A stretch of DNA of 64,000 bases from an uncultured Candidatus Saccharibacteria bacterium (GTDB lineage: Bacteria; Patescibacteriota; Andersenbacteria; UBA10190), in assembly GCA_964610055.1 (NCBI GenBank), contig CAZSUC010000002.1:18283-82282 (forward strand), given 5' to 3'. The translations under genes and the position numbers were made by a program. The notes under the pieces are model-generated. The model had not been told where the DNA came from, made no database searches, and was given only the letters and a program-made list of their open reading frames with translations. Position 1 is the stretch's first letter. Each line of letters starts with the position of its first letter. Below are positions 35,656 to 45,800 of this stretch, in pieces.

Positions 35656-37107
35656 ATGGAAGAAAAACCACGTCGGCGTAAGCAGACAAAAGTAGTATGT
35701 ACGATGGGGCCGGCATCGGAGACGGTTGAGTTAATGAAAGAGATGGTGGCGGCGGGTATGAACGTGTGCCGATTGAATTTTTCTCACGGGACATATGAAC
35801 ATCATCAGATGTTGCTTGATAATATTCGAGCGGTAAGTGCGGAAACGAATGTGCCGTTGGCGATTATGGCGGATTTGCAGGGACCCCGAATTAGAACAGG
35901 ACTACTACCAGAACAAGGCGTGTTGGTGAAAGTTGGTGAAACAGTCACGCTGTCGGCGGAAGCTAAAGAATATAAGGATGAAATTGTGCCGGTAACTTAT
36001 GGGGATTTGTATCGTGATTTAACAAAAGGCGAACGGGTATACATTGACGATGCGTTAGTGGTGCTCATGGTGAGAGAGATCGAAAAGAAGAAAATTGTAT
36101 GTGATGTTTTGCAAGGTGGGACGATTACAACGCATAGGGGGATGAATTTTCCAGATTCAAAACTGCGGATTGAGACGATTACTGCAAAAGATAAACAGGA
36201 TTTAAAGTTTGCAATTCAGCAGAACGTAGATTATGTCGCATTGTCGTTTGTGGCGGGAGCAAAAGATGTGTATGACCTGAAATATCTGATCAAGGAATTC
36301 GCGGAGAAGCGTGATGAAGATGAGCGTTCCGGAATCATGGTGATTGCAAAGATTGAGAGGCGGGAGGCAGTAGAAAATATCGATGAGATTATTGAGGCGG
36401 CCGATGGGATTATGGTGGCGCGAGGTGATTTGGGGATTGAATTAGCGCCAGAGGATGTGCCGTTGTATCAAAGAGAGTTAGTGGACAAATGCTTAGCAGC
36501 GGCAAAGCCGGTAATTATTGCAACGCAAATGTTGGATTCAATGACACGAAATCCAAGGCCAACCCGAGCGGAAGTATCGGATGTTGCTAATGCGGTGATT
36601 AATCATACTGATGCCATGATGTTGTCAGCAGAGTCAGCCACAGGGGCGCACCCGGTGGCGGCAGTGCAAACAATGACCCGGATTGCTATGACGACCGAGG
36701 AATCGGAGTATGACGATTTAGTGGTGCAGGAATCATTGCAGCGATTACCAATTGATATGGCTGTTAGCCAAGTCGCACATATTTTAGCGGGTAGTGTGCA
36801 GGCAAAGTTAATTTTAGTAGCTTCTTTATCCGGAAACACAGCGCGGGTAGTGTGTCGCTATCGGCCGGAATTACCGATTTTTGCAACAACGGATAGTGAG
36901 CGAGTATATCGGCAATTAAACTTATCCTGGGGAGTAGTGCCGTTTGTATTGCCGACATGTAAGACGGTTGAAGAGTTAGTTGATCGCTCGATCGGATATC
37001 TAAAGAAGGAGAAACAAGTGGAGATTAGTGATAAAATTATTGTGATTGCAGGTGATCCAGTGGGAAGCAGTGGAGTTAATCTGGTTGAGATTAGAGAAAT
37101 AAAATAA
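35656..37107 (+). CDS. pyk: pyruvate kinase
   Basis: TKVVCTMGPAS, RLNFSHG, MVARGDLG, ATQMLDSM, PTRAE. Confidence 0.97.
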   Translation: MEEKPRRRKQTKVVCTMGPASETVELMKEMVAAGMNVCRLNFSHGTYEHHQMLLDNIRAVSAETNVPLAIMADLQGPRIRTGLLPEQGVLVKVGETVTLSAEAKEYKDEIVPVTYGDLYRDLTKGERVYIDDALVVLMVREIEKKKIVCDVLQGGTITTHRGMNFPDSKLRIETITAKDKQDLKFAIQQNVDYVALSFVAGAKDVYDLKYLIKEFAEKRDEDERSGIMVIAKIERREAVENIDEIIEAADGIMVARGDLGIELAPEDVPLYQRELVDKCLAAAKPVIIATQMLDSMTRNPRPTRAEVSDVANAVINHTDAMMLSAESATGAHPVAAVQTMTRIAMTTEESEYDDLVVQESLQRLPIDMAVSQVAHILAGSVQAKLILVASLSGNTARVVCRYRPELPIFATTDSERVYRQLNLSWGVVPFVLPTCKTVEELVDRSIGYLKKEKQVEISDKIIVIAGDPVGSSGVNLVEIREIK

Positions 37108-37134
37108 ACGTAATTATTAAAAATATTTAAAACT

Positions 37135-39525
37135 ATGGCAGACCAAGCAACCATAATGTGGTTTAAGGATATAACTATTAAAGATGTACCGCTGGTCGGA
37201 GGAAAGAATGCTTCCTTGGGTGAAATGTATCAAAAATTGACACCGCAGGGAGCGCGAGTTCCAAATGGGTTTGCTGTGACTGCTTATGCGTACGAAAGGT
37301 TTTTAAAAGAAGCAGGGATTAGAGAGAAAGTGAAGGAAATTGTGGAAGGGGCGGATAATAATGATGTGGATGACTTGAAGCGGCGGGGTGCAAAAATTCG
37401 GCAGATTATTTTAGAAGCGAATTATCCGACTGATATTGAGAAAGAAATTGTGGAGGCATATAAATGGTTAAGTGAAGAGTGTGGAGCGAAAGAAGTGGAT
37501 GTAGCAGTGCGATCGTCGGCGACAGCAGAAGATGCGCCGGATGCGTCGTTTGCTGGACAGCAGGAAACTTATTTAAATATCAGCGGTCCAGAACAATTGA
37601 TTCTGGCATGTAAGCGATGTATGTCGTCATTGTTTACTGATCGCTCAATTTCGTATCGAATTGATAAAAAGATTAGTTTGTTTGATGTGGCTTTGTCGGT
37701 CACGATACAGAAAATGGTGAGGTCGGATGTAGGAGCGTCAGGGGTTATGTTTACGATTGATCCGGAATCTGGATTTAAGAATGTCGTGGTGATTAATGCT
37801 GCTTATGGGTTGGGAGAAAATGTAGTAAAAGGTGCCGTGACACCAGATGAATATTTTGTGCATAAAGAACTATTAGCAAAAGGATTTAGACCAATTGTGG
37901 GCAAGACACTGGGGTTAAAAGACAAAGCGATGGTATACACTGACAATCCAAAATCGCCGACAAAAAATGTAAAGGTAGAAGAAGAGCGACGAGTTCAATT
38001 CGCTTTGACGGACGATGAAATTTTAGAGATGGCTAAGTTTGGCATGATGATTGAGGCGCATTATGCGCGGCCGATGGATATTGAGTGGGCGAAGGATGGT
38101 GAAGATGGAAAGCTGTACATTGTGCAAGCGCGTCCGGAAACAATTCATGCTCAGCAGAGTGATTTAGAATATGAGGAGTATTTCTTAGATAAAAAGAGTG
38201 AGCCAATTTTAGAAGGAGCAGCGATTGGAGCTAAGATTGGCCAAGGCAAGGTAAAGGCAATTTTAGATGTGAAGGACATGGATACGTTTGAGCCAGGAGA
38301 GGTGTTGGTGACTGATATGACGGATCCGGATTGGGAACCAGTAATGCGAGTGGCAAAAGCGATTGTAACGGATAGTGGTGGACGAACGTGTCACGCGGCG
38401 ATTGTGTCGCGTGAGTTAGGGATACCGTGTGTGGTTGGCACCGGTGAGGCAACGAGTAAGCTAAAAGATGGACAAGAAGTAACAGTGAGTTGTGCAGAAG
38501 GAGAGTCTGGGCATGTGTATGATGGATTGCTGCCAATTCGTAAAGAGACGATCAATCTAAAAACTTTTCAGAAACCAAAAACGAAAGTGATGATGAATAT
38601 TGGAGTACCGCGAGAAGCGTTTGCGACAGCATTTATTCCCAATGAAGGAGTGGGGTTGGCACGTGAGGAGTTTATTATTGCGAACTTTATTAAGATTCAT
38701 CCCTTGGCATTGATGCAGTTTGCAGACTTAAAAGATACAGAGGCGCGGGCGCAAATTGAAAAATTGACGGCAGGATATGATGATAAGGCGCAGTATTTTG
38801 TGGATCAACTAGCTTGGGGAATGGGACGGATTGCCGCTGCGTTTTATCCTAAAGATGTGATTGTGCGTATGAGTGATTTTAAAACGAATGAATATGCGAC
38901 TTTGATAGGAGGAAAGCAGTTTGAGCCGGAAGAACATAATCCGATGATTGGGTGGAGAGGAGCTTCTCGATATTACGATCCGAAATATGAAGCAGCTTTT
39001 CGATTGGAATGCAAGGCATTTAAAAAATTAAGAGATGAAATGGGGTTTGCGAACGTTAAAATTATGGTGCCGTTTTGTCGAACAATTGCGGAAGGCAAGA
39101 AGGTGCTGGAGATCATGAAAGAAGAAGGTTTAGAGCAAGGCAAAAATGAATTAGAAGTATATGTAATGGTTGAGATTCCGGCGAATGTGATACTAGCGGA
39201 TCAGTTTGCTGAGTTATTTGATGGTTTCTCAATTGGAACAAATGATTTAACGCAGTTAACTTTAGGCGTTGATCGAGATTCGGCAATTGTGAGTCATGTA
39301 TACGATGAACAAAACGAAGCCGTTAAGATTTTAGTCAAAAGAACGATTGAGGCGGCGAAGAAAGCAAAGATTAAAGTTGGGATTTGCGGCGATGCGCCCT
39401 CGACGTTTCCTGAGTTTGCACAGTTTTTGGTAGAAAACGGGATTGATTCGATCTCGCTGACACCGGATGCGGTTTTGCCAACGACGTTGAAGATTTTGGA
39501 AGAAGAGAAGAAAATAGGGTTATAG
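37135..39525 (+). CDS. ppsA: phosphoenolpyruvate synthase
   Basis: VGGKNASLGEM, AVRSSATAED, GGRTCHAAI, FSIGTNDLTQL. Confidence 0.97.
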   Translation: MADQATIMWFKDITIKDVPLVGGKNASLGEMYQKLTPQGARVPNGFAVTAYAYERFLKEAGIREKVKEIVEGADNNDVDDLKRRGAKIRQIILEANYPTDIEKEIVEAYKWLSEECGAKEVDVAVRSSATAEDAPDASFAGQQETYLNISGPEQLILACKRCMSSLFTDRSISYRIDKKISLFDVALSVTIQKMVRSDVGASGVMFTIDPESGFKNVVVINAAYGLGENVVKGAVTPDEYFVHKELLAKGFRPIVGKTLGLKDKAMVYTDNPKSPTKNVKVEEERRVQFALTDDEILEMAKFGMMIEAHYARPMDIEWAKDGEDGKLYIVQARPETIHAQQSDLEYEEYFLDKKSEPILEGAAIGAKIGQGKVKAILDVKDMDTFEPGEVLVTDMTDPDWEPVMRVAKAIVTDSGGRTCHAAIVSRELGIPCVVGTGEATSKLKDGQEVTVSCAEGESGHVYDGLLPIRKETINLKTFQKPKTKVMMNIGVPREAFATAFIPNEGVGLAREEFIIANFIKIHPLALMQFADLKDTEARAQIEKLTAGYDDKAQYFVDQLAWGMGRIAAAFYPKDVIVRMSDFKTNEYATLIGGKQFEPEEHNPMIGWRGASRYYDPKYEAAFRLECKAFKKLRDEMGFANVKIMVPFCRTIAEGKKVLEIMKEEGLEQGKNELEVYVMVEIPANVILADQFAELFDGFSIGTNDLTQLTLGVDRDSAIVSHVYDEQNEAVKILVKRTIEAAKKAKIKVGICGDAPSTFPEFAQFLVENGIDSISLTPDAVLPTTLKILEEEKKIGL

Positions 39526-39532
39526 TAAGGAT

Positions 39533-39955
39533 ATGGTTGATTGGGTTATTTACGCTTTATTGTCAGCGGCTTCAGCAGCTTTGGTCGCGGTTTTTGGCAA
39601 AATTGGAATGGGGGAAGTTGATTCGACGTTAGCGACGGCGGTGCGAGCTGTGATTATGGCGACGTTCTTGGCGATGGTGGCGATAGTATTGGGCAAGCAT
39701 CATTTACTAACAAGTATTAATGGTAAGGCCTTAGGGTTTATTGCTTTATCGGGGGTGGCAGGAGCGGTTTCATGGTTATTTTACTTTGTGGCATTAAAGA
39801 CTGGGCCGGCGACAGGAGTGGCAGCACTGGATCGGTTGAGCGTGGTATTTGTAGTTTTATTTGCTGCCTTGTTTCTGGCGGAGAAGTTAACCTGGCAAAC
39901 AGCAAGTGGGGCAGTGTTACTGACGATAGGAGCGTTGTTAATGACAATTAAGTAA
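39533..39955 (+). CDS. EamA/DMT family transporter (single repeat)
   Basis: VFGKIG..VDS.LATAVR, SWLFYF.AL..G, LDRLSVV. Confidence 0.9.
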   Translation: MVDWVIYALLSAASAALVAVFGKIGMGEVDSTLATAVRAVIMATFLAMVAIVLGKHHLLTSINGKALGFIALSGVAGAVSWLFYFVALKTGPATGVAALDRLSVVFVVLFAALFLAEKLTWQTASGAVLLTIGALLMTIK

Positions 39956-39963
39956 ATGATGGC

Positions 39964-41040
39964 GTGAATATGAATTGGAGTATGGAAATGTGGGGGAACG
40001 CGGTGTGGTCGTATTTAGAAGCGGCGGCAGACTGGGTAGTGTTATGGGTTGGTTTTTACCTAGTGCAGTGGGTGCTATTGATTAGATTGGAAAAGTGGGT
40101 CAAAAGAACGAAGACAGATTTAGATAACACTGTTATCCGGATTGTAAAAAGCATTAAACCACCGGTGATATTTGTGCTATCGGTGTATTTAGCGGCGCAA
40201 GCATTAGTGTTAAGCGAGGGACTGGAGAGATTGATAAATTTACTGACGGTTATAGTCCTGTCGGTGCAAGTCGTTTTAATCTTACAGATTCTGTTAGATT
40301 ATTTAGTGAAACGACGTTTACAGCAGAAGATAACAGATGGAACAGAGTCGGCGCAGGAAAACGGTCAGAATATTGAATCAGCGTTGCGGATGATGAATCA
40401 GATTGGGCGATTTGTATTGTGGTCTGTGGGACTCTTGTTTGTGCTTTCGAATTTGGGAGTGAATATAAACTCTTTGATTGCGAGCTTGGGAATTGGTGGA
40501 GTAGCGGTGGCATTGGCAGCGCAAAGTGCATTAGGAGACTTATTTAGTTCGTTAGTGATTTATTTTGATAAACCGTTTGCAGTGGGTGATTTTATTGTAA
40601 CGGGAGACGTGATGGGAACAGTTAAATATATTGGAATTAAAACGACACGGATCAAAGCCTTATCAGGAGAAGAAATAATTTTACCGAATCAGGATATTAC
40701 CAGCGCGAGGATTAGTAATTACAAGAGAATGGAGGAAAGACGGGTGCCGTTTAAGATAGGGATTAAGTACGAGACTCCGGGAGACAAGTTAAAACAAGTA
40801 CCACAAGTGATAGAGGATATTATTGGTAAAATTGAGCAGGTGCGGTTTGGTAGAGCTCATTTTGAGTCTTTTGGCGACTCAGGACTTATATTTGAAGTCG
40901 TCTATTTTGTGACTGATCCAAGCTATAACTTATTTATGGATGTTCAGCAGACGATTAATTTTGAAATTAAGCAGCAATTTGAACGGCTAGGAATTGAATT
41001 TTCTTACCCAACACAAACGCTACATATAGCCAAAAATTAG
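39964..41040 (+). CDS. MscS mechanosensitive channel
   Basis: LGIGGVAVALAAQ, DKPFAVGD, GIKTTRI, GIEFSYPTQ. Confidence 0.94.
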   Translation: MNMNWSMEMWGNAVWSYLEAAADWVVLWVGFYLVQWVLLIRLEKWVKRTKTDLDNTVIRIVKSIKPPVIFVLSVYLAAQALVLSEGLERLINLLTVIVLSVQVVLILQILLDYLVKRRLQQKITDGTESAQENGQNIESALRMMNQIGRFVLWSVGLLFVLSNLGVNINSLIASLGIGGVAVALAAQSALGDLFSSLVIYFDKPFAVGDFIVTGDVMGTVKYIGIKTTRIKALSGEEIILPNQDITSARISNYKRMEERRVPFKIGIKYETPGDKLKQVPQVIEDIIGKIEQVRFGRAHFESFGDSGLIFEVVYFVTDPSYNLFMDVQQTINFEIKQQFERLGIEFSYPTQTLHIAKN

Positions 41041-41055
41041 AATTGTCAATTAGTT

Positions 41056-41085
41056 TTGACATTATTTAGGATGACGGAGCATAAT
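41056..41085 (+). promoter_or_regulatory. sigma70-type promoter of the orphan cassette
   Basis: TTGACA-18 nt-CATAAT. Confidence 0.6.
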
Positions 41086-41200
41086 GGAAAAGTTGTGTTC
41101 GTTTACCAATTTTATGTTGCTTTAACCTGGAACCAAGGAAGAAAGGAGGGGCATGTTCCAGTAGGAGGTTTTTCCGTCTGTCTAGCAAAGGAGTCACGAG

Positions 41201-41488
41201 ATGGCAGTGGCGGAAGTTCCGAAGGAGAAAACGGCACGCGAATGCAGTTTTGCTCTGGCTAGGGAGGGGCTCAAGAAACTGAAAGCATCGTTGTCGGATT
41301 TGCCTCGTCTGCGGCAGCGCTACGCGTGTTTCTGTCCAGGTTGTCAGGGGACCCTACTGGGTTCCTATGAAAAGGCCGTGATTGTTGAAGGGGACGAAGG
41401 GCCGAGTCTGCGGCGGCTTGGGCATGAAGGCCAGTCTAAGTGCTTGCCGCTTACCCGAAAGAATTTGTTGGCTGCCTTGAGGGGGTAG
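41201..41488 (+). CDS. orphan hypothetical protein, Cys-rich
   Basis: AAGGAG SD; ACFCPGC; GC-richer than flanks. Confidence 0.65.
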   Translation: MAVAEVPKEKTARECSFALAREGLKKLKASLSDLPRLRQRYACFCPGCQGTLLGSYEKAVIVEGDEGPSLRRLGHEGQSKCLPLTRKNLLAALRG

Positions 41489-41561
41489 AATAGTACGGAA
41501 GCGGAGAAGAGGCCTGATTATTCCATTTCTTTCTTGGTCTTGGTTTTCATGGGAGGAATCC

Positions 41562-41960
41562 ATGTCACGCGGTCTTGAAGAGATGATGCGTACTTTGGAA
41601 GACGTTGCGCAGATGATGGCTCGAGTGACTAGGCGGCCGCCTGGGTTTTGTCGGGATCAGCTGCTGGCAACTTGCGACGGGATCTCTGGTAAACAGCTGC
41701 ATGACTGTTTGATGGTGGTGATGCGTCTCAACAGGCGTCTGTTCTTCGTTTCGTCGATTCAGGACATGCGGCGAGCGCAACAGGTTGGCGCTCTGATCTG
41801 TCGGTGGGGGGGCTTGGATGTGAAGACATTCTTGCGTCAGGTTGTCGAACATCCGGAGTACATGGCTGCGGTGATTGAGCTTCCTTCTTTGAGGAAGGTG
41901 AACAAGCGGCCTTGCAGAAAGAAGAGGTCGGCGAAGGGTGCACCAATGAGGATGCACTGA
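41562..41960 (+). CDS. orphan hypothetical basic protein
   Basis: GGAGG SD 5 nt before ATG; followed by a terminator. Confidence 0.65.
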   Translation: MSRGLEEMMRTLEDVAQMMARVTRRPPGFCRDQLLATCDGISGKQLHDCLMVVMRLNRRLFFVSSIQDMRRAQQVGALICRWGGLDVKTFLRQVVEHPEYMAAVIELPSLRKVNKRPCRKKRSAKGAPMRMH

Positions 41961-41993
41961 TCATCGTGCTGGTGGTGAACACAAGCAATACAA

Positions 41994-42026
41994 CGGGTGT
42001 ACTACGGTATGCCCGCTTTTTCTTTT
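41994..42026 (+). terminator. intrinsic terminator
   Basis: CGGGTGTAC-TACG-GTATGCCCG stem (cUACGg tetraloop) then CTTTTTCTTTT. Confidence 0.8.
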
Positions 42027-42038
42027 ACAATAATAAGG

Positions 42039-42821
42039 ATGATTAATTTCTTACCAAGTCGAGAAGTGTTTGTGCATATCGGAATGTTCGATATTCGGTG
42101 GTACGGAGTGATGTATGTCGTTGCGTTTGGACTGACCGCCATCATGTTATTTAGATTACAAAAATGGCGTGGTTTAAATGAAGATAAATGGTTTTGGTGG
42201 GAAGTAGCGGCATGGTTGGCGGCCGGAGCAATGATAGGAGGGAGATTAGGCTATATGTTGATCTATGATGGGGCGGATTTTTGGAGAAATCCAATAACGG
42301 TTTTATGGATTCAAAATGGTGGGATGTCATCTCATGGTGGAGTGATAGGAGTAGGACTGGCGTTATTGGCTGTGCAACGATGGTTGAAACCGAAAAGTTT
42401 ATGGAAAATAGCTGATTTGATTGTGGTACCAGCAGCGATTGGATTGGCTTTAGGGAGATATGGAAATTTTATTAACCAAGAACTTTACGGCACAATAACG
42501 AAATTGCCGTGGGGGATAGGTATACCAGGGGTGAATGGTTTGCGTCATCCGTGGCCGATATATGAAGCAATCTGGTTGTTATGTTTGGCGATAATTGGGA
42601 TGAGAGGATTGCGCAAAGTTAAGATTGAAGGAGTGGTGGTGGCGTGGTTTTTAATTGAATATGGAGCGGGTCGTTTGTTTTTGGAGATATGGCGGGAACC
42701 GGAGTGGGATTTAGTGTACGGATTAACACCGGGGCAGTGGTGGTCGATAGCGGTAATAATAGGTGGAATGTGGTTATGGGTGAATCGAGCAAAAACGATG
42801 CCTAAGAGTAATTCGCGTTAA
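42039..42821 (+). CDS. lgt: prolipoprotein diacylglyceryl transferase
   Basis: IRWYG, GGRLGY, GGMSSHGG, GRYGNFINQELYG, RHP..YE; start ATG 42039. Confidence 0.94.
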   Translation: MINFLPSREVFVHIGMFDIRWYGVMYVVAFGLTAIMLFRLQKWRGLNEDKWFWWEVAAWLAAGAMIGGRLGYMLIYDGADFWRNPITVLWIQNGGMSSHGGVIGVGLALLAVQRWLKPKSLWKIADLIVVPAAIGLALGRYGNFINQELYGTITKLPWGIGIPGVNGLRHPWPIYEAIWLLCLAIIGMRGLRKVKIEGVVVAWFLIEYGAGRLFLEIWREPEWDLVYGLTPGQWWSIAVIIGGMWLWVNRAKTMPKSNSR

Positions 42822-42847
42822 GCAGTGAGATCTTGTACGCTATTTGT

Positions 42848-45800
42848 ATGCGGAAAGTCAAGTTTGCAGAAAAGTACGCGCAATTAAATCCGGCTCAGCG
42901 AGCGGCGGTAGATGCAATTGAAGGTCCGATGATGGTGATAGCTGGTCCAGGAACAGGTAAAACACAAGTTTTAGCGATGCGAATCGGTAAGATTTTACAG
43001 GAGACACAGATGGAGCCGGAAAATATTTTGTGCTTAACGTTTACTGAATCTGGAGTAGCGGCAATGCGAGAGAGATTATTAGAGTTAATCGGAGAGGCCG
43101 GATATTACGTACGCATAAATACTTTTCACTCTTTTTGTAATGAGATTATACAGGAATATCCCGAAATATTTGCTTTGAGTCCAAACTGGCGGGCATTGAG
43201 TTCGTTTGAAAAAATTGAGATTTTGCGCGGATGTTTGAACAACTTGAAAGGAACGAGTCGATTAAAGCCGAACGGGGATCCGTACATGTTAGAACGTGAT
43301 ATTGAAAAAGATATTAAGGATTTGAAACAGGAAGATATTAGTCCCGATTTATTTCAAGAGATTGTGGTGCATATGGAGAAATTTGTCGGTGCGGTTCAGA
43401 AAGATGTTGTGCGGGTTGATAAATTAAAACCGAAAGAAAGAACAGAAGTAGTAATGAGCGAGTGGTTGCAGAAATTGCGTAAAGAAGCGCAGGTAGCGCA
43501 ACTGCCAGAAGGAATGCAGGGGGTGTTGGATAATTTTAAGGATAGATATGAGGCGATGAGTGCGGAGGCTGAAAATGAAAAAGAGTTAAGTAAAGTGAGG
43601 ACGGCGATAAAAAATGAAGTTAAGAAATGGTATAGCCGGATGGAGCAACAATTAGATAAGCAAAGAGATCTGGCGCGAGTATATGCTGATTATCAGACGG
43701 AATTAAAACGAAGGGGAAGGTACGATTTTGAAGACATGATTATGATGGTGATTAAGGAATTAGGGCAAAATGATCAGTTATTATCTCGTTACCAAGAGCA
43801 ATATCAATACATGTTAGTCGATGAATTTCAGGATACAAATGGTGCCCAAAATGAGATTATGAGTTTGTGGGGTAGTTTTGATGACAATCCAAATTTGTTT
43901 GTAGTGGGAGATGATAAACAGTCTATTTTTCGATTTCAAGGGGCGTCATTGGCAAACATGTTGGCTTTTTATCGAAAATATCCGCAAGCAAAGATAGTAA
44001 GTTTGGAAAATAATTATCGGAGTCAGCCACATGTTTTAAGCATGGCGGCAGCAATAATTAAGCAGAATGAAGAGTCATTAGCTAAATATATCCCGGAGGT
44101 GAAGTTAGATTTAATACCTAAGTCTAAGTGGGGCGAATGTAAGGCAGAATGGACTGAATATCGAACTGAAGAAACAGAGAACGAAGGGGTGGCGCAGCGG
44201 ATCCGACATTTAATTGATGAAGGGGTAAAGCCGGAAGAGATAGCGGTTTTGTTTCGGACGAACAAAGATGGGCGAGGTATTCTCAAACGTTTACAGCAAT
44301 TAAATGTGCCGGTGCGATTAGAGGCGGGTGAAGATGCTTTGGAAGATATAGCGGTGCAAAAATTTATTCAGGTTTTGGAGTATATAAACAATCCGGTGCG
44401 AGATGACTGGTTGGGTGAAATTCTACAATACGAATGGTGGGGGTTTGATGCTTTGGTGATGATACAGGCAATTCGAGAAGCATACACAAACAGACAGGGA
44501 TTATGGGAAGTGATTCAGACTAAAACTGAGTTTCAGGATTTTGTGACTAAGTTGGCAAATTGGAAGAAGCGTAGTCAACAGACTGGTTTGATTCAGTTTT
44601 GGTGTGAAGTTTTAAATGAATCGGGTTGGTTAAAGTGGGTTATGCAAAAACAAGATGGAGTAGTGGTAATGCAAAAAATGAATCGGATAGTTGAGGAGGC
44701 GCGTCAGTGGAAAGAAAGCATATCGGAAGACAATCGCGGAGTGAATAATTTTGTGCGCCAGTTGAGTTTGTTGAGAGAAGCAGGGGAACAGTTAAAAGTG
44801 CGTCAGGCGCACATGGAAGAACAAGCGGTGCGTTTAATGACAGCGCATAAGGCGAAAGGTTTAGAATTCGAACATGTATTTATTATCCGTTTGAATAACA
44901 GGCACTGGGGAAATGTAGTGGAGCAGAATAAGGTGCCGTTGCCACATGGTTTAGTGAGATACGATTTTGTGATGGCAGGCGGGAATAACGAGGACGAGAG
45001 ACGTTTGTTTTACGTGGCGTTAACACGGGCAAAGCAGGGGTTATATCTCTCGCGGCCAATATTTAATGTGTCTGATAATCAGATTTCGCCAAGTATTTTT
45101 TGTACAGAATGGCCGGCAGAATTGGTACAGGGGCAAAATGGCGGAGAAAGTGAGGACCAAACCAAGGTTAGGTTGCTGGCAGAGTTACAGCCAGCGAAAG
45201 GTTGGAAAAAAGAGGAAGTAAAATCTTGGTTAAAGCGAATTGCGAGTGAGCAGGTTTTAAGCGCGACACATTTGAATAGGTATTTGGCCTGTCCACAAGA
45301 ATTTTATCAACGTTTTATTATTCGAATTCCGGAAGCACCGACAAGCTATCTAGCATTAGGAACAGCAGTGCATGCCGCTTTAGATTTTATGGTTAAGGAA
45401 AAGAATCGGGATCGAGGAGAGAGAATTACAGAGGCAAGCCAAGTGTTTCAGCAAGTTTTGCAGCGCGAAATCAGGGAGTCAATAGAATATGAACGAGTGT
45501 TAGCGGTTGGACAAGATATGTTGCGACGATATTGGGAACATTATGCAGACGAGAAAGTATTGCCGGCAGCAAGTGAATGGAACATGGGTAGATATAATGT
45601 GAGAGTAGAAGGAGTACCGATAACTGGTAAGTTAGATAAGATTGAATTGTTAGATCCGAGTGATGCGTTGGCGGATGGTAGCTGGCGTCGAGGTGCGCGA
45701 GTGCGAATAGTGGATTACAAGACATCAGAATTATCACGCGGGTTGAGTCAGGCGAAGCATGGGGGAGATTATTGGCGGCAGTTAGGTTTTTATAAATTAT

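Noticed and set aside
41153-41488. TAG read-through (alternative code) extending the 41201 ORF upstream
   Set aside because: The 41201 gene has its own SD and itself ends in TAG, and TAG is a normal stop elsewhere in the window.
41565-41988. Minus-strand ORFs overlapping the orphan cassette
   Set aside because: Promoter, SD sites and terminator all support the + strand.
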